This document shows, one piece after another, positions 28,245 through 37,487 of a DNA stretch of 64,000 nucleotides; positions within the stretch are counted from its first letter, which is position 1; every line of letters starts with the position of its first letter. The DNA comes from a virus (taxonomy: Duplodnaviria > Caudoviricetes): the IMG/VR virus record IMGVR_UViG_3300010885_031309, one strand, 5' to 3'. The position numbers and the translations under genes are program-made. Below the pieces are notes generated by a model. It was given only the letters and a program-made list of their open reading frames with translations. It was not told the DNA's origin and made no database searches.

Positions 28245-28471
28245 ACAAGCTTGTTGTATCCAAACTTATCAATAATGCTGGGTTTAGTCATACTTATGAA
28301 GCAGATCGCTTACAATTATTGGTTCAATTAACTCTAGAAGAGTGCATTAAGCAATTGAATAGTCTTCAATATAGTCAGGCAGTGAATAATCAAAATCATT
28401 CAAATCAGTGGCACGATGGAGTAGATAGCAGCATTCAAGCACTAACAGAATATTTTGAGGTCAACAAATGA
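28241..28471 (+). CDS. Hypothetical protein, distant member of the MNER..HFGVE family
   Basis: LTLEEC...EYFEV. Confidence 0.55.
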   Translation: MNKLVVSKLINNAGFSHTYEADRLQLLVQLTLEECIKQLNSLQYSQAVNNQNHSNQWHDGVDSSIQALTEYFEVNK

Positions 28472-28707
28472 GTAATTATGCTACGTATTTTTCCGAGAAC
28501 AGATATAAATCAACCTATCATTTGGGTGATCGTGTTCGTGGACGATGGAATGGAATTCCATTTAGTGGAACAGTACAGATTGATACATTAGTTGATGAAT
28601 ATGATGGCCCGTATGTGATTGTGTATAGTGATCTTCCAATCAAAGACAGTAACAATATCATTCACACTATGATCAAGGTCAAGCCAGACACTATTAACCG
28701 TATCTGA
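28468..28707 (+). CDS. SH3-like hypothetical protein
   Basis: LGDRVRGRWNGIPFSGTV. Confidence 0.6.
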   Translation: MSNYATYFSENRYKSTYHLGDRVRGRWNGIPFSGTVQIDTLVDEYDGPYVIVYSDLPIKDSNNIIHTMIKVKPDTINRI

Positions 28708-28713
28708 AATTAT

Positions 28714-29157
28714 ATGACGCTGATAGCAAAACCCTTAGTAAAAAACAAGCTTTGGATTGTGGTAAATGGACAATTAAAAGTTGGAAATGTAAAAGCAGAA
28801 GAAGACGGCTATGTAGTAAATATTGGAAAAAATTACAATAAGTTTTCCAGCACTGACAGCATTGAAGAATTTGCCAAGATTGAGTTTGAACGGCCAAGCA
28901 AAACATCAAAATTAAAAAATCCACTGTATAGTTATTGGCCAACGAATGACAAAACGCACAATGATATGTTTGATATCAAGCGAAAAATTCATTTGTACAC
29001 TAAAACTCAGCACAGTAAATCATACTATGCCAGTGGTTGGTATAAGATAAAGGTAAATAATCACTGGCATTCTTATTTTTGCCCAAAGTATATTTTAATT
29101 CAACGATACTCTTATGTGGGCCCCTTTATGACAAAGGAACAGGCCGACAATGCATAA
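28714..29157 (+). CDS. Hypothetical protein
   Basis: ORF in a co-oriented cluster. Confidence 0.7.
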   Translation: MTLIAKPLVKNKLWIVVNGQLKVGNVKAEEDGYVVNIGKNYNKFSSTDSIEEFAKIEFERPSKTSKLKNPLYSYWPTNDKTHNDMFDIKRKIHLYTKTQHSKSYYASGWYKIKVNNHWHSYFCPKYILIQRYSYVGPFMTKEQADNA

Positions 29158-29165
29158 ATACATGC

Positions 29166-29372
29166 ATGGTAAATATTAAAAAATTCTTTGACAAAGTATC
29201 AGTAATGGATGTTAGATCATCCAGAGATTTAATTTTATCTCTGGATGAAGCGCGAATGCTACGCGATGAAATTGCAAAGTTACTAGCAGATAAGGTAGAG
29301 CAACAACGAAATTTCTCATCTAAGTCTTCAAATGAAGTAATTCAAGTTGAGATTATGGGAGGAAAATGGTAA
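29166..29372 (+). CDS. Hypothetical protein
   Basis: Start moved downstream of ATAAATA at 29154. Confidence 0.6.
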   Translation: MVNIKKFFDKVSVMDVRSSRDLILSLDEARMLRDEIAKLLADKVEQQRNFSSKSSNEVIQVEIMGGKW

Positions 29373-29665
29373 TGTCCAGAACTCAACCAAAAATTTTGAT
29401 GGAGATTGTAGATAAGAAAACCTACAAGTGTGACCAGATAGTAGAGGCATCTGGAATTTGGGCCGTATTTCTGGATAATCAGCCAATAAACTTAAAAAAT
29501 CAGCACTATTTGGACAGCAATAGTGTTCCAAAATACAAGAAAACAAGTTTCAGTAATCCAGGACATGCCAGAAATCTATGTAGAAAACTGAATGCACAGT
29601 TCAAAACAAACAGATTTACTGTTGTATTGCTAAATCAAGGAACAAAAATATATCCAGATGAGTGA
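29366..29665 (+). CDS. Hypothetical protein
   Basis: Coupled ORF; KYKKTSFSNPGHARNL. Confidence 0.7.
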   Translation: MVMSRTQPKILMEIVDKKTYKCDQIVEASGIWAVFLDNQPINLKNQHYLDSNSVPKYKKTSFSNPGHARNLCRKLNAQFKTNRFTVVLLNQGTKIYPDE

Positions 29666-30047
29666 TTTTGTAAAAAATCGTTCTGCAATAGTAACGGCTA
29701 TTCTTCACATTATAAAACCAGATCACGCCGCCAAGGATATTGAAGATGCTAATCGTCTATGGTGGATAAACTTACGCAGTACTGGTGGTCTAGGGTTGAC
29801 TGATCTTGGATATGATTGCTTTCAACGAGCAGAACTTGAAAGTTATACTTTTCATATACAAAAAACTACTCCCAGCTTGGCTGTATATGGAGTAGAAATA
29901 GATAGAAAGTTGCAGTGTCCCTACTATCTTAGATATATAAAGAAGGATAGATATGTCACTGTATATGACACGCGAATAGCATCAATAATTCAATTACACG
30001 GTGATTTTGCGTCATATATTAATAGCATAAATAATTCTTATGACTGA
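29658..30047 (+). CDS. Hypothetical protein
   Basis: Coupled ORF. Confidence 0.65.
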   Translation: MSDFVKNRSAIVTAILHIIKPDHAAKDIEDANRLWWINLRSTGGLGLTDLGYDCFQRAELESYTFHIQKTTPSLAVYGVEIDRKLQCPYYLRYIKKDRYVTVYDTRIASIIQLHGDFASYINSINNSYD

Positions 30048-30225
30048 TAAAAAACGAAACTCAAATCCATTCATTCGCATGGCTCAGAAAGCAACAGAAG
30101 CGCAACAGTCGCAACAGACACTGGCGAATAAAAATGATCAACTAAAAATGCTAATAAATACAAAAGCTCCAAAGCCAACACCGGGTTTTGGGTCTAGAGT
30201 AGTTAAGAAAACAGGAAGAGCATAA
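30040..30225 (+). CDS. Small basic hypothetical protein
   Basis: Coupled ORF. Confidence 0.55.
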   Translation: MTDKKRNSNPFIRMAQKATEAQQSQQTLANKNDQLKMLINTKAPKPTPGFGSRVVKKTGRA

Positions 30226-30300
30226 AGAATTTGTTATTCCACTCTTGTTTACAACGCAATATTTTTGTTCTATAATTTTAACACTAACAAAGGAAACAAC

Positions 30301-30492
30301 ATGAAACAACTAATCACAATCGTAGCACTAGCATTTGCCGGCACAGCATTCGCTCAATCTCCCGCTTCAGCACCAGCCAAGGACGCCGCTAAGTCAGCAT
30401 CTGCTGCTTCTGCTCCAGCTAAAAAGGAAGTCAAAAAGGTTGAAAAGAAGTCTGAGACGGCACCTGCTGCTTCTGCTCCAGCTAAGAAGTAA
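30301..30492 (+). CDS. Small exported Ala/Lys/Pro-rich protein
   Basis: Signal peptide MKQLITIVALAFAGTAFA; internal AASAPAKK repeat. Confidence 0.75.
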   Translation: MKQLITIVALAFAGTAFAQSPASAPAKDAAKSASAASAPAKKEVKKVEKKSETAPAASAPAKK

Positions 30493-30509
30493 ACAATCTT
30501 TACTTCACT

Positions 30510-30542
30510 AAAAAGAGAGACAAATACTGTCTCTCTTTTTTT
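30510..30542. terminator. Bidirectional rho-independent terminator
   Basis: AAAAAGAGAGACA-aatac-TGTCTCTCTTTTT. Confidence 0.8.
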
Positions 30543-30601
30543 ATGCATAAATACATTTGACACAACTAATGTTGTCACACACTACACACAGAGGAAAATT
30601 T

Positions 30602-30772
30602 ATGTTAGATATAACAACCATCTTAATGGGATTAAGATCCCTATTCCGATCACCAAGCTACGGTGAAACTCTAGAACAATACATAGTATCCAAACATCCA
30701 AAAGACAGTTCAGACATTGATCGTCTTACTTTGGAATGGCAGCGTAATCAATCACGAGGGCTCATGCTATGA
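30602..30772 (+). CDS. Small hypothetical protein
   Basis: GAGGA ribosome-binding site; followed by two further micro-ORFs up to about 30950. Confidence 0.55.
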   Translation: MLDITTILMGLRSLFRSPSYGETLEQYIVSKHPKDSSDIDRLTLEWQRNQSRGLML

Positions 30773-31004
30773 ATACTCTAAGAAATCTATGGAATGCTCT
30801 AATGGACTGGGCAGAAGAAATTAACGAACATCGTCGCAAGAATGGTATTCGTTCTATGTATTAAGGAGATAAAAATGACACAATGGCAACCAATGACGGA
30901 GGAGGACTGGCAGTGGGTCAATTATGGCACACTGCCCAAAAATAGTTGACAACTCTAACACAAAAGTTGTAATATAGACATACACACATTAAAGGAGATA
31001 AATC

Positions 31005-31274
31005 ATGTCTGACTTTCAATTACCAAAGATGCCTGAGATTAAAGCAACAAAATCAGGATATGAAATTCGTGCTCAAATTTTACAGCAAGCACAAGAACTA
31101 GTTGCTCAAGAATTTAAGTTCAAATGGCAAGACTGGGAAATGTCACAACAGCGTGATAAAGATGGAAATCTTATTACCAAGGTTGATATGCCTGCATTTC
31201 CAGGCTTAGAGCAAGTATTGAGTACGGCTGAAAAAATGTATGCATTTGTTACTGCATTCAATAACAAAAAGTAA
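31005..31274 (+). CDS. Hypothetical protein
   Basis: AAGGAG ribosome-binding site. Confidence 0.7.
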   Translation: MSDFQLPKMPEIKATKSGYEIRAQILQQAQELVAQEFKFKWQDWEMSQQRDKDGNLITKVDMPAFPGLEQVLSTAEKMYAFVTAFNNKK

Positions 31275-31306
31275 TTTTTGACTACTTACTAAATACAGGG
31301 GCATTA

Positions 31307-31612
31307 ATGCCCCTAACTTTTATGTTTGAATTATTCTACTCAACACTAAACTGGATCAAAGAAGATTATCGCAGCAATCCGCTTAGATGTGCATTAGAAG
31401 TATTTGCATGGGTTCTAAGCATAAGTTGTAGCATTATTATGATGCTTACAGTTCCACATCCTCCTTTTTTACTGTTATATCCATTGTTCATTATACAGTG
31501 TGGTGTATTTGCTTGGGCGGCATGGTCTCGTCGCAGTAGCGGAATGCTAGCTAATTATGGTTTGTTGGTTACAATTGACACTATCGCGTTAACAAGGCTA
31601 CTGATTATGTAA
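31307..31612 (+). CDS. Small membrane protein
   Basis: Three hydrophobic segments. Confidence 0.7.
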   Translation: MPLTFMFELFYSTLNWIKEDYRSNPLRCALEVFAWVLSISCSIIMMLTVPHPPFLLLYPLFIIQCGVFAWAAWSRRSSGMLANYGLLVTIDTIALTRLLIM

Positions 31613-31613
31613 T

Positions 31614-31642
31614 TTGACAAATAATCGGATTAGTGCTATACT
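31614..31642 (+). promoter_or_regulatory. Sigma70-type promoter, in tandem with the late promoter at 31660
   Basis: TTGACA-17 nt-TATACT. Confidence 0.7.
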
Positions 31643-31683
31643 GCATTCATAGCTAGATGATAAATAGTTGTTGGAGTATACAC

Positions 31684-31866
31684 ATGAAAATCAATGAAGT
31701 TGTTCAATCCAAAAGTAGGGCTATCTTTGAAAGTCTTAGCTACGATTCGGATCATCCTTTTAGCAAGTCCACGCTGATGGAAATTGCTGATACAGTTTCA
31801 AATAGCGAATTTGAACCAGCGATGACCGCCGAGCAATTCTTTGAATGGTTGGATGGTGTCAAGTGA
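31684..31866 (+). CDS. Small acidic protein with MKINE leader; putative antitoxin
   Basis: Directly upstream of the YafQ-like gene; acidic C-terminus MTAEQFFEWL. Confidence 0.55.
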   Translation: MKINEVVQSKSRAIFESLSYDSDHPFSKSTLMEIADTVSNSEFEPAMTAEQFFEWLDGVK

Positions 31867-31872
31867 TCGTGG

Positions 31873-32580
31873 ATGCAAATAATACAAAAGAAAACCTTCA
31901 GAAACTCACTGTTATCACATAACACCGACCAAATAAAGTCTAAACTAAAGGACTTCATCTATCACAAGATGAAGCACCCAGCCAACGGGTCTGCGCCTGG
32001 AATTCATCCTCCGTTTGGAAGTAATGATAAGCAGTTTCATACTACTGGCCATTTTGGAAATGCTATTCGCGGTATAAGTCATGCTCACTTGACACACAAT
32101 ATCAGTGTTGTCTATCGTATTAGTGATGATGTACTAGAATTATATGGCATTTATACCCATGATGATATTGGAACAGGTCAGCCGCCAAATGTTCGTCGTC
32201 AGGATTCTTGGGCCGACCGTTGGAACAATAGTGTTAGTGAACCCTTTAGTACTAGCGATCTAGCACCATCGCCATCAAAATCATCTACTGCTACTGTGGC
32301 GTCAAAACAGTCGTCAGTAGTATATACTCCTAAAGCTAAAAGCACAGTTCCAACGATTACAGACCGTGTTTTACCGCTGGTTCAACGGGCTCAAGAAACA
32401 TATCCTCAGCGAAACTTGCTATCTAAATATCAATCATCAAATATGCAAGAATTTATGACTGTTTTGGCAGGAGAAGTACGATACTTGCAATCTATTCGCC
32501 GCGATGGTGGTCGTCTATATGCTAATCAATTGGAATATTTGAGTATTCTACAAGATATTGCCAAAATAGTATCTCGTTGA
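31873..32580 (+). CDS. RelE/YafQ-like mRNA interferase with C-terminal extension
   Basis: DKQF..GHF...ISHAHLTHNISVVYRISDDVLELYGIYTHDDI matches the RelE/YafQ core. Confidence 0.65.
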   Translation: MQIIQKKTFRNSLLSHNTDQIKSKLKDFIYHKMKHPANGSAPGIHPPFGSNDKQFHTTGHFGNAIRGISHAHLTHNISVVYRISDDVLELYGIYTHDDIGTGQPPNVRRQDSWADRWNNSVSEPFSTSDLAPSPSKSSTATVASKQSSVVYTPKAKSTVPTITDRVLPLVQRAQETYPQRNLLSKYQSSNMQEFMTVLAGEVRYLQSIRRDGGRLYANQLEYLSILQDIAKIVSR

Positions 32581-32581
32581 T

Positions 32582-32621
32582 TTGACAATAAATCGGTTCT
32601 CCGATATACTGTTCTCATAGT
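32582..32621 (+). promoter_or_regulatory. Sigma70-type early promoter, conserved extended unit
   Basis: TTGACAATAAATCGGTT..GATATACTGTTCTCATAGT; 17-nt spacer. Confidence 0.8.
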
Positions 32622-32638
32622 CAGTAAACCGAGTTAAT

Positions 32639-33061
32639 ATGAACTTGATCATGGAAATGACCCCGCTTGATCGCCAACAATTGGTAGATGCTAGTCTACA
32701 TTTTATGCGGGCTATCGGTAACATTTATGGAAGTGACCGTGCAATGGAAATGTGGAATACCATTGCAGACACGGTAAACCCAGACCTTAAGGGCTGGACA
32801 TTTGAGGCAATGTTGCTGGGTCGCATGAGCGAAACCATTGTGATTACCGCATTGCCCAGATATCCTCCAGACAAGGTAGGAGTGATCAAAGCGATTAGAA
32901 CCTATGATCGTCGTAATCTTGGCTTAAAAGAGGCAAAGGATATGTATGAGTCATTGGCAGACAGTCGTGCTACTCCAATCACGCTAGAAGTAACTCATGG
33001 AAGAACACCCGCGGCGCGTACAGAATTAATGAAGTTGGGCTGCGTTGGAATAGGAATTTAG
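32639..33061 (+). CDS. Protein with a ribosomal bL12 C-terminal-like domain
   Basis: KVGVIKAIRTY...LGLKEAKDMYE...L..LG. Confidence 0.65.
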   Translation: MNLIMEMTPLDRQQLVDASLHFMRAIGNIYGSDRAMEMWNTIADTVNPDLKGWTFEAMLLGRMSETIVITALPRYPPDKVGVIKAIRTYDRRNLGLKEAKDMYESLADSRATPITLEVTHGRTPAARTELMKLGCVGIGI

Positions 33062-33062
33062 T

Positions 33063-33767
33063 ATGTTTAATAATTTATTTGAAACAATCTCGCTAGATGA
33101 CAATCAGACAAAAATTTTCACACAGATAGATCCATTGACTGTCAGTGTGACTTATCATCGTCTTCGTACTGCAAAATCTTCTACAATTCCATATATTGAT
33201 CATTTTGACAATAATCTGTTGTATGCTCGGGTCAATCCATCAGATTATCTTACTGCTGCAAACATACGGTCCTACTATCAAAAGAAGTTAGTGTTCTGGA
33301 AGCTAAAGGGTATTGAACTGACACGATTTAGGACCGATCTAGAGAAATATCTTGTTAGAACTGACAACTACTACTACAGTAGTGAGCTAGGTCTACTTAC
33401 TAAGCTTCCTGAGTTTTACTACTATGATCTTCAGCTAGAAGCATTCCATGAACAACACTATTGTGAAGCTACTAGTTTTGATATTAAAAACACGGATGAT
33501 GAGTATATTTTTCTGAAAAAGTTTGAACGAAATATTAGATACAGAAAGTCTGCTATCTATTGGTTCAAGCGAACGGATGGAGCGTTAGTGTCATACGGCG
33601 TGGCTCTGCCAAATACACTTGCGTCGGCGTTTGATTCCGTGGTTTCAACTTCAAAATCACTGATTTTTACTGGACAATTTGATTTTTACAACACGCCCGT
33701 TCCGCACTATCAACTGAGCAAGCTTGCTACATTACAACCAATTTTTGACAATAAATCGGTTCAGTGA
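33063..33767 (+). CDS. Hypothetical protein
   Basis: 234-aa ORF. Confidence 0.65.
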   Translation: MFNNLFETISLDDNQTKIFTQIDPLTVSVTYHRLRTAKSSTIPYIDHFDNNLLYARVNPSDYLTAANIRSYYQKKLVFWKLKGIELTRFRTDLEKYLVRTDNYYYSSELGLLTKLPEFYYYDLQLEAFHEQHYCEATSFDIKNTDDEYIFLKKFERNIRYRKSAIYWFKRTDGALVSYGVALPNTLASAFDSVVSTSKSLIFTGQFDFYNTPVPHYQLSKLATLQPIFDNKSVQ

Positions 33768-33784
33768 TATACTGCTCTCATAGT
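33745..33784 (+). promoter_or_regulatory. Sigma70-type early promoter, conserved extended unit
   Basis: TTGACAATAAATCGGTT..GATATACTGCTCTCATAGT; near-identical to 32582. Confidence 0.8.
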
Positions 33785-33801
33785 CAGAAACGGAGAGAAA
33801 C

Positions 33802-34098
33802 ATGACCAAGTTTGACAAGTCTCAGTTTACTAGTGGTGAAGTTGCAACTTACAATGGACGATTTGTGGCTCGCTTCAAGCGTGGAGGTCGTGCTTCTTTC
33901 ATTTCGTTTCTGTGCAAGAATTTCACTGTTGAAGAGTACTTTGCAGAACTGGATGCTGGATTGACTCCACTGCAAGTTCTTCAGAATCGCGGATACATTT
34001 TGCCACACATTGTGCGATGGCTCAAGCAACAAAACTATCCAGTTACTGCGGCTGGATACAAACAATTTATCACTGATCAATCTACTGCACGGATGTAA
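33802..34098 (+). CDS. Hypothetical early protein
   Basis: GGAG ribosome-binding site after the promoter. Confidence 0.7.
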   Translation: MTKFDKSQFTSGEVATYNGRFVARFKRGGRASFISFLCKNFTVEEYFAELDAGLTPLQVLQNRGYILPHIVRWLKQQNYPVTAAGYKQFITDQSTARM

Positions 34099-34229
34099 TA
34101 ATGAGTCCAGAACTGTTGGCTGGTTTGTTGTTGATTGGCTTACCGATTTGGGTAATGATTATTGTATGGATACTAGTAAAGGTTTTAAACATTACTAGTG
34201 TTTTTGACTAACTATGAACATAAAATGAC

Positions 34230-34412
34230 ATGGGAAAAATTAAAGAAATTTTGCTTGAAATTGAAGACCGACTGAACGACAATCAATCTGTTGAGAGTAT
34301 TTCCAAAGATTTGAGTGTGTCTGCGGACTACATCACAGAAGTTGAATTGGAAATGAACTGGAGCCAATTTGCTCTGGTTTGTGAAGACCCTGAATATTTG
34401 AGGACCGTATAA
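34230..34412 (+). CDS. Small acidic hypothetical protein
   Basis: MGKIKEILLEIE. Confidence 0.6.
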   Translation: MGKIKEILLEIEDRLNDNQSVESISKDLSVSADYITEVELEMNWSQFALVCEDPEYLRTV

Positions 34413-34588
34413 TGAAGCGTGAAATTATTTCGTTTTCTGTTGCTAAGTCGCGCAATTTTGTTGCTCGCGATATGTTGAACCGTGATGGCCCATTCAAGCC
34501 GCGAGTTGAGAACACACAACGAGAATATCGTCGTAATGACAAACATCGTAAGAACTATTCGGATTACAACGACCGTTTTTATCGGTAA
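34412..34588 (+). CDS. 58-aa basic microprotein, weakly ArfA-like (absent from the ORF track)
   Basis: RNFVARDMLNRDGPFKPRVE...YRRNDKH. Confidence 0.5.
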   Translation: MKREIISFSVAKSRNFVARDMLNRDGPFKPRVENTQREYRRNDKHRKNYSDYNDRFYR

Positions 34589-34606
34589 TTTGGAAGAGTT
34601 AATTGG

Positions 34607-34635
34607 TTGACAAATAATCGTCGTTGAGTTATACT
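34607..34635 (+). promoter_or_regulatory. Sigma70-type promoter
   Basis: TTGACA-17 nt-TATACT. Confidence 0.75.
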
Positions 34636-34713
34636 ACTGTTTACTGTTGAGCAATTGGGATCTTCCCGAGTTCTGATTGTTCATTTTTAATCATCGGGTT
34701 ATAAGGAAATTTC

Positions 34714-35172
34714 ATGGCTACTCTTAATACTCTTTGGACTTGTGTTGGAATCACCAAGCATGTTGGTGCTAATGGTAAGGAAGTTGTAAAAGTTCGTTGC
34801 GGCGTTGACTTGGCTCGTCGCATCAAGTCTAGTCAGTCTGCGTCTTATGTAAAGAGTCGCGGCGAAAAACTTAAAGAAGTTCGTACTGACTTTATTTCTC
34901 TACCTACTCCCATGTTGCGTCTGGATGCACTAAAATTTGCTCTTGCTGCATCTGAGTTTCAATCTTCATCGGATCAGGCACTAATTCAGGACGCTATTGA
35001 TAGTCGCGTACCAAAGACTGCAAAGACTACCAAGGTAACTGCTACCCGTTCTTCAAAGAAGACTGCTCCAAGTCTGGACAGCATCAAGAGTCGTGTTCGT
35101 AAGAGCCGTGCTACTGCCGATGATGTTCTGGCTGCGGTAGTCGCGACTGAAACTGTAACAAAAACAGTTTAA
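34714..35172 (+). CDS. Basic hypothetical protein
   Basis: AAGGA ribosome-binding site; high-expression-like codon usage. Confidence 0.75.
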   Translation: MATLNTLWTCVGITKHVGANGKEVVKVRCGVDLARRIKSSQSASYVKSRGEKLKEVRTDFISLPTPMLRLDALKFALAASEFQSSSDQALIQDAIDSRVPKTAKTTKVTATRSSKKTAPSLDSIKSRVRKSRATADDVLAAVVATETVTKTV

Positions 35173-35181
35173 GGACTTATA

Positions 35182-35403
35182 ATGAGTAGGTTATCCTCGG
35201 TTGGTCGTCAGTGGGTCAGCTTTGATCCAATGAACGAAAATCATCGTCGTTGGTATGCGGACTTTGAGCGAACAAAAACTTGGGGTAGTTGTCCCGTTAG
35301 GTTCTTTGTCAACGAGGACCACGGGGATCTACTCAGTATGATCAGGTCTCAGCTAATTCAGTACTATATTAAGAGAGAATTCCAAGACAAAATTTGTCAA
35401 TAA
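35182..35403 (+). CDS. Hypothetical protein
   Basis: AAGGA ribosome-binding site. Confidence 0.65.
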   Translation: MSRLSSVGRQWVSFDPMNENHRRWYADFERTKTWGSCPVRFFVNEDHGDLLSMIRSQLIQYYIKREFQDKICQ

Positions 35404-35433
35404 ATTGGAATTCTGATATACTGCTCTCATAGT
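35394..35433 (+). promoter_or_regulatory. Sigma70-type early promoter, conserved extended unit
   Basis: TTGTCAATAAATTGG..GATATACTGCTCTCATAGT. Confidence 0.7.
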
Positions 35434-35451
35434 AGATAAGAGGATGCAGCG

Positions 35452-35655
35452 ATGAAGACCAGCACCAAAATTCGTGGTTACTCTGTGCAAGGTCGCGATG
35501 AGATACTTAGAGTTACCTTTGTCACTGGCTTGGAAAGCACGGAAAAACAGGACAGAAAGAGTCTGGGACAGATGCTTGCAAGTCATCAGTATTCCGAAAA
35601 AGAGAAAAAGACTCTGCGAGTTGTTCGTATCTCTGAAGTTATTGAAGAAATTTGA
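35452..35655 (+). CDS. Hypothetical protein
   Basis: GAGGA ribosome-binding site. Confidence 0.6.
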   Translation: MKTSTKIRGYSVQGRDEILRVTFVTGLESTEKQDRKSLGQMLASHQYSEKEKKTLRVVRISEVIEEI

Positions 35656-35680
35656 CAATAATTCGGTTTGGTGATACACT
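35652..35680 (+). promoter_or_regulatory. Sigma70-type promoter
   Basis: TTGACA-17 nt-TACACT. Confidence 0.7.
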
Positions 35681-35711
35681 GTATTCAAGTTAGAAAAACA
35701 GGAGAAACATC

Positions 35712-35954
35712 ATGAACGGCAAGATCAAGTTTCATAAGGCAACGGGTCCCGCGTTCAATGTGGGCGAAGTGTGGGTTAGCGTCACTGGCGTCAAGGTGGA
35801 AATCGTTGAGGTGGTCAAGTATCCTGGTGTCACCGAGGATCACACTGACGACTATAGCGTGACCTATCGTAACACCGTTGATGGAAGCCTTCACGAAAAG
35901 GATGCCTGGAATTTCCAGGTTCGCTACACCCACAACGCCGACCAGTTTGTGTGA
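35712..35954 (+). CDS. Hypothetical protein
   Basis: AGGAG ribosome-binding site; GC-richer codons than its neighbours. Confidence 0.7.
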   Translation: MNGKIKFHKATGPAFNVGEVWVSVTGVKVEIVEVVKYPGVTEDHTDDYSVTYRNTVDGSLHEKDAWNFQVRYTHNADQFV

Positions 35955-35973
35955 TGTGGGCAAGGAGCACACA

Positions 35974-36168
35974 ATGAACGAACAAATCAAAGAACTGGCG
36001 AGAGAATGCGGACTCCCTACTGATTCTGATAGAACCTTAACCCATGAGGTCGAGAGGTTCGCAGAAGATATGGTGAGGAAATGTAGCCTCTACCTTTGGA
36101 AGAATGAACCAGAATGGACTGCCTTCAAGGAAGATCGTCTGTTCAAACATTTCGGAGTTTCGGAATGA
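35974..36168 (+). CDS. MNER..HFGVE family protein 1
   Basis: MNEQIKELA...ERFAEDMVRKC...KHFGVSE. Confidence 0.7.
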   Translation: MNEQIKELARECGLPTDSDRTLTHEVERFAEDMVRKCSLYLWKNEPEWTAFKEDRLFKHFGVSE

Positions 36169-36347
36169 CTACTCAGATAAACGAATTAAAAAAATATCCG
36201 AACTGGATTGATACTCTCACGAAAGAACAACAGTATGCATGGTATGTGAGCATCAAGAAATCTTTGTCGCAGTGGCAAGAGCTGGGTGACATCACTGAGC
36301 TAGAACTAGCAATCAAAGAGTACGAAATCAAAAACAACATTGTATGA
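36165..36347 (+). CDS. Hypothetical protein
   Basis: ATGA-coupled ORF. Confidence 0.55.
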   Translation: MTTQINELKKYPNWIDTLTKEQQYAWYVSIKKSLSQWQELGDITELELAIKEYEIKNNIV

Positions 36348-36556
36348 AGATTGCTGAAGTCACCAGCGATGCAAGAAAAGTAATCAGACGGCTACAAAAT
36401 CTGTACTTGACATACTCGTTAAATGCTAATACATATAATGAACTTATGAATTTTATATTGGAAATTAGTAACACAGGTGATGCTGATGTGCTTAAAGAGA
36501 TTGCTATTATCAAAGCAAAATTGTATAATGAATTGATTGTCATACTGAGAAAATGA
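36344..36556 (+). CDS. Hypothetical protein
   Basis: ATGA-coupled ORF. Confidence 0.55.
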   Translation: MKIAEVTSDARKVIRRLQNLYLTYSLNANTYNELMNFILEISNTGDADVLKEIAIIKAKLYNELIVILRK

Positions 36557-36825
36557 ACGAACGAATCCTTGAACTTGTTAATCAAGCTGACATCAAATTT
36601 GATGTTTCTTCTGACAATTACGGTGTTGATACTGCTACAGTAACACCTTATGATTTAGAGAAGTTCGCCGAGTTGATTGTGCGTGAGTGCCTAAGGATCG
36701 TGGACGAAAATACCTACGGTCCGGGTGGTCTATACGATTATAGCTACTCCAGCGCGTCGGCTGCTGCTGACGACAGAGCAACCGCAATTTACACTAATAT
36801 CAGGGAACATTTCGGAGTCAAGTGA
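36553..36825 (+). CDS. MNER..HFGVE family protein 2
   Basis: MNERILELV...EKFAELIVREC...EHFGVK. Confidence 0.75.
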   Translation: MNERILELVNQADIKFDVSSDNYGVDTATVTPYDLEKFAELIVRECLRIVDENTYGPGGLYDYSYSSASAAADDRATAIYTNIREHFGVK

Positions 36826-37046
36826 TGAACGAACGAATTAAGGAACTCAAGCATCAAGCATCGCTATGGTGTGATAAGAATATTCCCGAGCAATATTCTG
36901 AAGAAACAAATGGATATGGTCGGGTTTGGGAGGACAAGTTCGCCGTTCTGATTATTCAGGAATGTGCTCGTAAAGTTGAAGATATGATTGACAATGGATG
37001 GTATGCTGATACCGGAGAAATGAAGGAACATTTCGGAGTTGAATGA
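36822..37046 (+). CDS. MNER..HFGVE family protein 3
   Basis: MNERIKELK...KFAVLIIQEC...EHFGVE. Confidence 0.75.
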   Translation: MMNERIKELKHQASLWCDKNIPEQYSEETNGYGRVWEDKFAVLIIQECARKVEDMIDNGWYADTGEMKEHFGVE

Positions 37047-37252
37047 TGAAAGTATCAGAATCTCCCTATGGTATGACAGAATCTTACAGTGTAAAGTTTT
37101 GGTATATAAATCAAGAAGGATTTTATAGTCAAATTGAAGAGACTATTTGGGCTAATAGCAAAAGTGCCCATGATGCGGTAGAGAAGTATTGTAATAAAAA
37201 TCTATCAAAATTCTATAAGAATTTCAGAATTATCAGTGTAACTTATCAATAA
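37043..37252 (+). CDS. Hypothetical protein
   Basis: ATGA-coupled ORF. Confidence 0.6.
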   Translation: MMKVSESPYGMTESYSVKFWYINQEGFYSQIEETIWANSKSAHDAVEKYCNKNLSKFYKNFRIISVTYQ

Positions 37253-37267
37253 ACATGTTGGAGTTGA

Positions 37268-37480
37268 ATGATGACACGGGCATACGAACGCACCAGCCAA
37301 CGACTGTTAGTTGGACTATCCAAACCCAAGAAGTACTGTCGGGTATGGGAAGGTAGGCTTATTTGTGGGACACAGAGCCTGCACCGGAGTCGTTCAGGTT
37401 GCCGTTACCGTATGTTCTGGCGTATCAAGAGTCTGCGCACCATTCTGACCAAGATTGACCCTATGAGTGAAAGAGTTTGA
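37268..37480 (+). CDS. Basic hypothetical protein
   Basis: GGAG ribosome-binding site within the cassette-junction motif. Confidence 0.5.
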   Translation: MMTRAYERTSQRLLVGLSKPKKYCRVWEGRLICGTQSLHRSRSGCRYRMFWRIKSLRTILTKIDPMSERV

Positions 37481-37487
37481 CAATAAA

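Noticed and set aside
30404-30490. Direct repeat CTGCTGCTTCTGCTCCAGCTAA in the small exported protein
   Set aside because: It is an internal low-complexity AASAPAKK duplication typical of such peptides.
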